This document shows positions 59,149 through 64,000 of a stretch of 64,000 bases of DNA, one piece after another (the first letter of the stretch is position 1; the number at the start of each line of letters is the position of its first letter). The position numbers were made by a program, and so were the translations under genes. The notes beneath the pieces are model-generated. The model did no database searches, was not told where the DNA came from, and was given only the letters and a program-made list of their open reading frames with translations. Source of the DNA: Candidatus Bathyarchaeota archaeon. GTDB lineage: Archaea > Thermoproteota > Bathyarchaeia > Bathyarchaeales > Bathycorpusculaceae. The stretch lies in contig CAWHXY010000004.1 of assembly GCA_963833575.1 (NCBI GenBank), positions 160,001 through 224,000 of the forward strand. Reading direction: 5' to 3'.

Positions 59149-59973
59149 ATGCCAGTCTGTTTAAACTGTGACAGAGAAACAAGACTAGAGTACAAATTTT
59201 GCCCGTTTTGTGGTCGCAAAATTGAAGAAACAAGTTTGGTTACAATTTTGGTTAAGTCCGAAAAAAACGGGAAGATTTGTCTTGCTGGTGTGAATGAAAA
59301 CAGACGGTGGGTTCGTCCAGTCAAGGCTGGCGGTTTCATGGAAAAAGATACAGTAATGGACAATGGTGAGATGATAGGTCTCTTTGATGTTGTCGAAATG
59401 AAATTTAGCGCTCCGTACCCAATCAAACATCACACGGAAAATATGCTGGTTTCTCCTGGCAGTGGCATTAAGCTTGCAATGAAATTTGGGGAAGAGTCAC
59501 GGAAGAACTTGCTCTCAGAAATTGTCGACCCTGCATTACTGGATGAAGTGGATTCAAGAGATTCCCTTTACAATAAAATGGTAGATTTGCTACACCAATC
59601 ACTGGCTTTGGTTGGACCAGTAAATTCTTTTGAAATTCAAAGTAGTATAATAATCGGCAAAAACCATCCCCGAATTTGGATGCCACTAAGCCAATTACCT
59701 TTCTATTTTACATGTACTGACAGTGGATTTTGTAAATTTATTGGAAACAAATTTGCCGAGATTAAAGGTGACGGCATTATCAGTTCGCAAGATGTTGCTG
59801 AGTTGAGAGGTAAACAAACATATTTTGTAATTGGCATAACCGGACCTTTTATTGATGAGAATGGCGAAATTATTCTTAATAATTATGCTCCACCCGGAAG
59901 TTCAATTCAGCCGAGGTACTGGCCAATGGTCGTGAGTGTTCTAACCGTACCAAACTATTCTAGCGAGGAATAA
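59149..59973 (+). CDS. Zinc ribbon + dual-OB-fold-like protein
   Basis: CLNC..CPFC; ILVKSEKNGKICLAGV...WVRPV, HHTEN, SLALV, F.CTD, FVIGIT.PF. Confidence 0.7.
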   Translation: MPVCLNCDRETRLEYKFCPFCGRKIEETSLVTILVKSEKNGKICLAGVNENRRWVRPVKAGGFMEKDTVMDNGEMIGLFDVVEMKFSAPYPIKHHTENMLVSPGSGIKLAMKFGEESRKNLLSEIVDPALLDEVDSRDSLYNKMVDLLHQSLALVGPVNSFEIQSSIIIGKNHPRIWMPLSQLPFYFTCTDSGFCKFIGNKFAEIKGDGIISSQDVAELRGKQTYFVIGITGPFIDENGEIILNNYAPPGSSIQPRYWPMVVSVLTVPNYSSEE

Positions 59974-59974
59974 A

Positions 59975-60478
59975 ATGAATAAACTTTTTTCAATAGGATC
60001 AGGAAATGAAGACTTAAACAGTTTCATTAATAGGCTCAAAAAATGGGACATTAAGTGCTTAGTTGACTTGAGGTCTCAACCTTACAGCAGATACGTTCCC
60101 CATTTTAATCGTGAAAGTCTGTCGGATTCGTTAAAGAAGGCTGAAATAGACTACATGTACTATGGAGACAAGCTTGGGGGTCGACCGCCGGAAGGCTTTG
60201 AAAAATTCCGAACCTCTCATAGATTTAGAGAGAATATCGACCTGCTATTGAGTCAAATTGAAGGAAAAGTTACTGCTTTAATGTGCACAGAATTCGACAT
60301 AACAAAATGTCATCGTCGTTTTATTGTCGTAGAAATAATTAAGAAAGGCATCGACGTAACCGTAATCGACAAAGAAGGAAATGAGGCTAAACCCATTTCA
60401 AGTTTCTCAACAAAAAAGTCAAAACCCCGTAAAGCAGTCAAGGATTCCAAGAGTCAGAGTAAACTCACAGGATTCTAA
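59975..60478 (+). CDS. DUF488 family protein (type A)
   Basis: FSIGS, LVDLRSQPYSRY.PHFN, LGGRP, LMCTE...CHR. Confidence 0.9.
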   Translation: MNKLFSIGSGNEDLNSFINRLKKWDIKCLVDLRSQPYSRYVPHFNRESLSDSLKKAEIDYMYYGDKLGGRPPEGFEKFRTSHRFRENIDLLLSQIEGKVTALMCTEFDITKCHRRFIVVEIIKKGIDVTVIDKEGNEAKPISSFSTKKSKPRKAVKDSKSQSKLTGF

Positions 60479-60494
60479 CAAGGAGACAAACTGA

Positions 60495-60923
60495 ATGAAT
60501 AAAATCTACACAATTGGATTTACTAAGAAAACGCTGCCAGACTTTATTGCCCGTCTAAGGAAAAGCGGTGTTCAAAGGATTGTGGATATTCGTTTAAACA
60601 ACTCATCCCAACTGTCAGGATTCGCAAAAAGCAAAGACTTAGAATTTATACTAAAACTAGTTGGAATCGAATACATTAGCGTAAAAAATCTTGCACCAGA
60701 TAAAACTCTTCTTGATAAATACCACGAAAATAAAGACTGGGATGAGTACGAAGTCAATTTTAAAGCCCTGATGGAAACTCGGAACGCAAAAAAGACGCTA
60801 AATGAACTTCAGCTTGATAAGAAAATATCCTGCTTCCTCTGTAGCGAGGATAAACCCGAGAAATGCCATAGGCGTTTGGTCGCTGAAATGCTCGACAAAA
60901 GCTTTGTGATTGTACATTTGTAG
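60495..60923 (+). CDS. DUF488 family protein (type B)
   Basis: YTIGFTKK, VDIRLNNSSQLSGFAK..DL, LAP, LCSEDKPEKCHRRLVAE. Confidence 0.9.
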   Translation: MNKIYTIGFTKKTLPDFIARLRKSGVQRIVDIRLNNSSQLSGFAKSKDLEFILKLVGIEYISVKNLAPDKTLLDKYHENKDWDEYEVNFKALMETRNAKKTLNELQLDKKISCFLCSEDKPEKCHRRLVAEMLDKSFVIVHL

Positions 60924-60972
60924 TTAAGTTTTACTAAAACCTTAATTCACTAAAAACCGAATTTCTGTCAGC

Positions 60973-61182
60973 CTATCGTTTCTTAGCATGATATGATGAA
61001 TGGTGACTTTTACTCATTTGGTCAAGATTGCTTCTTCTGAAATTGCTCTTGTCTCCATCTCTGTGGTGAATAACGCTATCTCCTAAAGGACCATACATGT
61101 TTCTTGCTACATCCCTATGCACTAATCTATTGCTATCGTTCCATCTAGGGTAGCCATTTCTGTCTTTGTGAGTGTTTCCCAT
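60973..61182 (-). CDS. Small HNH endonuclease
   Basis: VHR.VA...VIHHRDGDKSNFRRSNL...H...H. Confidence 0.8.
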   Translation of the reverse strand: MGNTHKDRNGYPRWNDSNRLVHRDVARNMYGPLGDSVIHHRDGDKSNFRRSNLDQMSKSHHSSYHAKKR

Positions 61183-61479
61183 ATTGACTCACCTCGGTTA
61201 AGCATAAGAAATCAAGCGGCTGTTCTTAAATCCGACTGTGCGGTCATGTAAGTGCAAAAGTGTTGTACGTGTGTGAATAAAAGTAAGAGTTCCCGCGCTT
61301 CAAGAGTATGAGTGGCTCAGGAGATTACTAAGTCTTCTTTTGATAATAAAACAGCCATTATAAGTCACAAAAAAATAAGATTTGAGAAAAAAGACAATCG
61401 AAGTTGATTTAAAGGAAATAAAGTCAATGCAGCTGATTCCAAGATTAATGTCTTATAAGCAAACAGATTACTACTCAAA

Positions 61480-62091
61480 TCAGGATTTGAGCAGCTTGCG
61501 TATTTCGAATACAAAATCCCTCGCTCGCTCAAGAGAAGTCTGAGCATATCCTCTTTTTGCTTGAACCCCAATATCATATTGGAACTTGCTTCTCTTCCTG
61601 CGTTCGCCTTCATAAGAAATTATCAATTCGTCTGCTTTTTTCTGCATCCTTTTCATGAGTTCTTCTCGGCCTACAAGTTCCAAGCCTACTGTCTGAGCTT
61701 CCTCATACTGCTCAAGTAGTCTGGCCAATTTCTCGTTTGACGCAAAGAAGTGAATGAGTGCATCCGCTGTAACTTTATGAACTATTTGTCCTGTTGCCCT
61801 GATGCCTTGTTTAGCTAAAATTGCTGTTGCCGCATAGAACATTGAGTAGTATGATGACACGATGACCCATAGATAGGACTCGAAATCTGAGCTGACTTTC
61901 AATGTTTCTTTAAGGGAGTTCTCGTCTGATATTTCCTGCAGAATTGAAGCGGTTCGAAGAGAGGATTCAGCATTAGCCATAAAAAAATCAACAAAACGAG
62001 GTGCATCCTTTTCGCCAGTCTTCAGCAGGCCGTCTTCTACGTATATTTTCACATTTCTTCTTGCTTCATCAATCCTTTCTTTTTCTATCAT
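61480..62091 (-). CDS. HEPN-domain protein (toxin of HEPN-MNT module)
   Basis: SSYYSMFYAATAIL..G...H, RRKRSKFQY; overlaps the MNT gene by 4 nt. Confidence 0.85.
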   Translation of the reverse strand: MIEKERIDEARRNVKIYVEDGLLKTGEKDAPRFVDFFMANAESSLRTASILQEISDENSLKETLKVSSDFESYLWVIVSSYYSMFYAATAILAKQGIRATGQIVHKVTADALIHFFASNEKLARLLEQYEEAQTVGLELVGREELMKRMQKKADELIISYEGERRKRSKFQYDIGVQAKRGYAQTSLERARDFVFEIRKLLKS

Positions 62092-62705
62092 AGTACTTCC
62101 TCCAACATTTTGAATAACATCTCTGCGCCGTATGGAACAATTCGGTTATCTACTGCCTCCCGAGCAACATTAGGCTTTTTCTGTTTAAGAAGCTCCAAAA
62201 ACTCACTGTGGGTTAATATTGTCTCATGGATGCCCATTGGACTAACACGCTGAATAGATCCTACAGCTGCTTCCACGTCTTTTTCAAAACTGTGCTCAGG
62301 AATTATTAAGAGCACGTCTAAATCCGATCTTGGTGAAGCTTTGTCTTTCACATGGGAACCGAATAGTATGAAAGTGAAGAAGGGCGATGAAATCTTGGAG
62401 GTTAGATCGTCTACGAGGATTTCAATATTTTTGTGTTTTTCAAAGAATCGGCTCGCGCGTACCCATTCTATGTAAGCAAGAAGCGACGAGTTACCTTTTA
62501 GTTTGAGTCTACAATAAGTTACTGGGCGTTTCTTCTCGGCAATTATGTACTGTTGCTCGGCTAGTCGCATGGTCATAGTGTGTGTAATTTTGTAGTCTTT
62601 TCCGATTGCGTCTGTTATTTGCCGCACTGTGAAGGTTTCTCGGATTCTTGAGCTTAGAAAAACTAGGATTTCGACTGAAGTTTTAGTTAATGGTTCTAAG
62701 TACAT
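62088..62705 (-). CDS. HTH + minimal nucleotidyltransferase (MNT antitoxin)
   Basis: N-terminal wHTH; LFGSH...SDLDVL (GS-x10-DxD). Confidence 0.88.
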   Translation of the reverse strand: MYLEPLTKTSVEILVFLSSRIRETFTVRQITDAIGKDYKITHTMTMRLAEQQYIIAEKKRPVTYCRLKLKGNSSLLAYIEWVRASRFFEKHKNIEILVDDLTSKISSPFFTFILFGSHVKDKASPRSDLDVLLIIPEHSFEKDVEAAVGSIQRVSPMGIHETILTHSEFLELLKQKKPNVAREAVDNRIVPYGAEMLFKMLEEVL

Positions 62706-62717
62706 AATATTATGTAC
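62700..62717. promoter_or_regulatory. Perfect 18-bp palindrome GTACATAATATTATGTAC over the MNT start codon (probable operator)
   Basis: Read directly; an extra half-site GTACAT lies at 62722. Confidence 0.65.
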
Positions 62718-62755
62718 CTAAGTACATATGTCACCTATTAAATCTTGCGCTATTC

Positions 62756-63019
62756 TTACCTGTTTTTCCCGACTTGCCTTATTTCGTCTTCTATTTCTTC
62801 GTAGGAAATCTTCAGTTTCTTCTCATCCATCATCTTGAATATGCTGTCCCATTCCTTTTTCAAGTCAGGAATTTCCAGCTTCTTCATTATAATTGTGTCG
62901 CCTTTTCCGTAGACTAGAAATTTGTTTTTTGCCTTTATTCCCATCTGCTTTCTGATGGATTGTGGAATTACGACCTGTCCTTTTTCGCTGATTGTTGTAA
63001 CTTGTGGTTCCTCTGTCAT
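62756..63019 (-). CDS. AbrB/MazE-family antitoxin (orphan, paralog of 34012)
   Basis: ISEKGQVVIPQSIRK...KKLEIP. Confidence 0.85.
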   Translation of the reverse strand: MTEEPQVTTISEKGQVVIPQSIRKQMGIKAKNKFLVYGKGDTIIMKKLEIPDLKKEWDSIFKMMDEKKLKISYEEIEDEIRQVGKNR

Positions 63020-63157
63020 AAGTAAGAATAGTTTACTTTCATACTATTATACATTATCAATCTAGTTAAGAAAGTCAATCTACGCCAATTTAACCTAATC
63101 TTTTAAGTATCTAAAATCATGTTGGTTCGGGTTATCAGGAATAGTGATTGCATCTTT

Positions 63158-63217
63158 TTGACGTTTGTTGACGTTCCTCGACGTCCTTTGACGGCTATTG
63201 ACGACTGTTAACGCAAC
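63158..63217. repeat. Six 10-bp-period repeats, consensus TTGACG-N4
   Basis: TTGACGTTTG TTGACGTTCC TCGACGTCCT TTGACGGCTA TTGACGACTG TTAACGCAAC. Confidence 0.85.
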
Positions 63218-63370
63218 CTGCAAACGTAGCAAGCTCTAAAACAAAAGAGCAGCCCAAAACAACTGTTCAGAAAATGGCAATTTCCATTGTTGTTGTTCTT
63301 CTAAATAATATTTCTCAAGAATCAGCATTACTTTAGAGCTTGTCCATTTTAATATAGAAGACACAAAAAA

Positions 63371-63769
63371 TTAAGGTGCGCTACACCATTTTGTTTTCAG
63401 ATTTTGTATTTCTTTAAAGTGCGGGTCGTCGGAAAACAAGATGCATTCATGAATTTGAGCGGATGCGGCGATTACGCTGTCAGCCATCGGTATTGAATGG
63501 GTGCTTCTAAGTTCTGCACTTTTCACTGCGGTGTTATAGTCTACGTCAATAATTTGAAAGTCTCTGCGTATTGTGTTGCTTCTTAGGGCTGCAACATCTT
63601 TGCCTTCTCTTTTCAAATTAATGCGGTGTATCTCATGAATTGTCAATGAAGAAACCATCCTTTCTTTAACTGACCTTAATTCTTCTTTAAGTTTTCTTAA
63701 AAGCTCATTATTGTCTGAATAGAAATATTCGACAAAAAACCGAGTGTCATATAATCGTCTTTCAGGCAT
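63371..63769 (-). CDS. vapC: VapC PIN-domain toxin (paralog of 34348)
   Basis: LYDTRFF, TIHE, PMADSVIAASA, SDDPHF. Confidence 0.9.
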   Translation of the reverse strand: MPERRLYDTRFFVEYFYSDNNELLRKLKEELRSVKERMVSSLTIHEIHRINLKREGKDVAALRSNTIRRDFQIIDVDYNTAVKSAELRSTHSIPMADSVIAASAQIHECILFSDDPHFKEIQNLKTKWCSAP

Positions 63770-63989
63770 CCTGATTCCTCATTTGATCCAGCATCTGTTT
63801 TAACTCGGCAACATTGGCTTTTCCAGCGCCGCTTCCAGCGAGATCAAAAATGCTCGGGCTCTTTTTTATTATGATCACGCCGTCTTGCTCAACAATCTTT
63901 ACTTTGGAGTTTTCTTCTATGCCAAACTTTCTTCTAAGTTCCACTGGAATAGTGACTTGTCCCTTCCGCGTAACAACAACTTCAGTCAT
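63762..63989 (-). CDS. vapB: AbrB/MazE-family antitoxin (paralog of 34750)
   Basis: VTRKGQVTIPVELRRKFGI. Confidence 0.9.
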   Translation of the reverse strand: MTEVVVTRKGQVTIPVELRRKFGIEENSKVKIVEQDGVIIIKKSPSIFDLAGSGAGKANVAELKQMLDQMRNQDA

Positions 63990-64000
63990 ACCATTACCAA

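Noticed and set aside
236-61613. Numerous 60-180 aa ORFs antisense or out of frame to called genes (e.g. 8508-8978, 13904-14437, 32668-33129, 39031-39504)
   Set aside because: Shadow ORFs with no recognisable motifs, overlapping well-supported genes.
63158-63217. Mini-CRISPR
   Set aside because: A 10-nt period is far too short for repeat-spacer units.

Overview
Archaeal chromosomal window, most consistent with Bathyarchaeia (inferred from an HMf-type histone, three ~900-aa membrane-anchored PQQ-like beta-propeller paralogs, TrmB and tandem Lrp/AsnC regulators, and a tungsten-type AOR). 1-30 kb is mostly housekeeping and accessory: aminopeptidase, ilvC, histone, TRAM, ArsB, MoeB/ThiF, three ABC systems (one frameshifted), nitroreductase and secreted proteins. 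30-46 kb is a decayed island of stacked toxin-antitoxin modules, an AOR operon, four pseudogene copies of one mobile-element gene, a virus-like gene block, a Cas1-solo remnant and tRNA-like fragments. 46-55 kb holds two beta-propeller genes, each with a divergent regulator. 55-64 kb is a defence-like island (HEPN, two PD-(D/E)XK proteins, a Zn-ribbon/dual-OB + 2x DUF488 operon, HNH, HEPN-MNT, VapBC). Top novel candidate: a ~110-120 nt structured repeat in three copies, each just downstream of a secreted-protein gene, whose loop mimics (or on the other strand is antisense to) the RBS and first four codons of the beta-propeller gene at 10086. All calls come from manual motif reading; no database searches were run. 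No CRISPR array, rRNA or intact tRNA was found.
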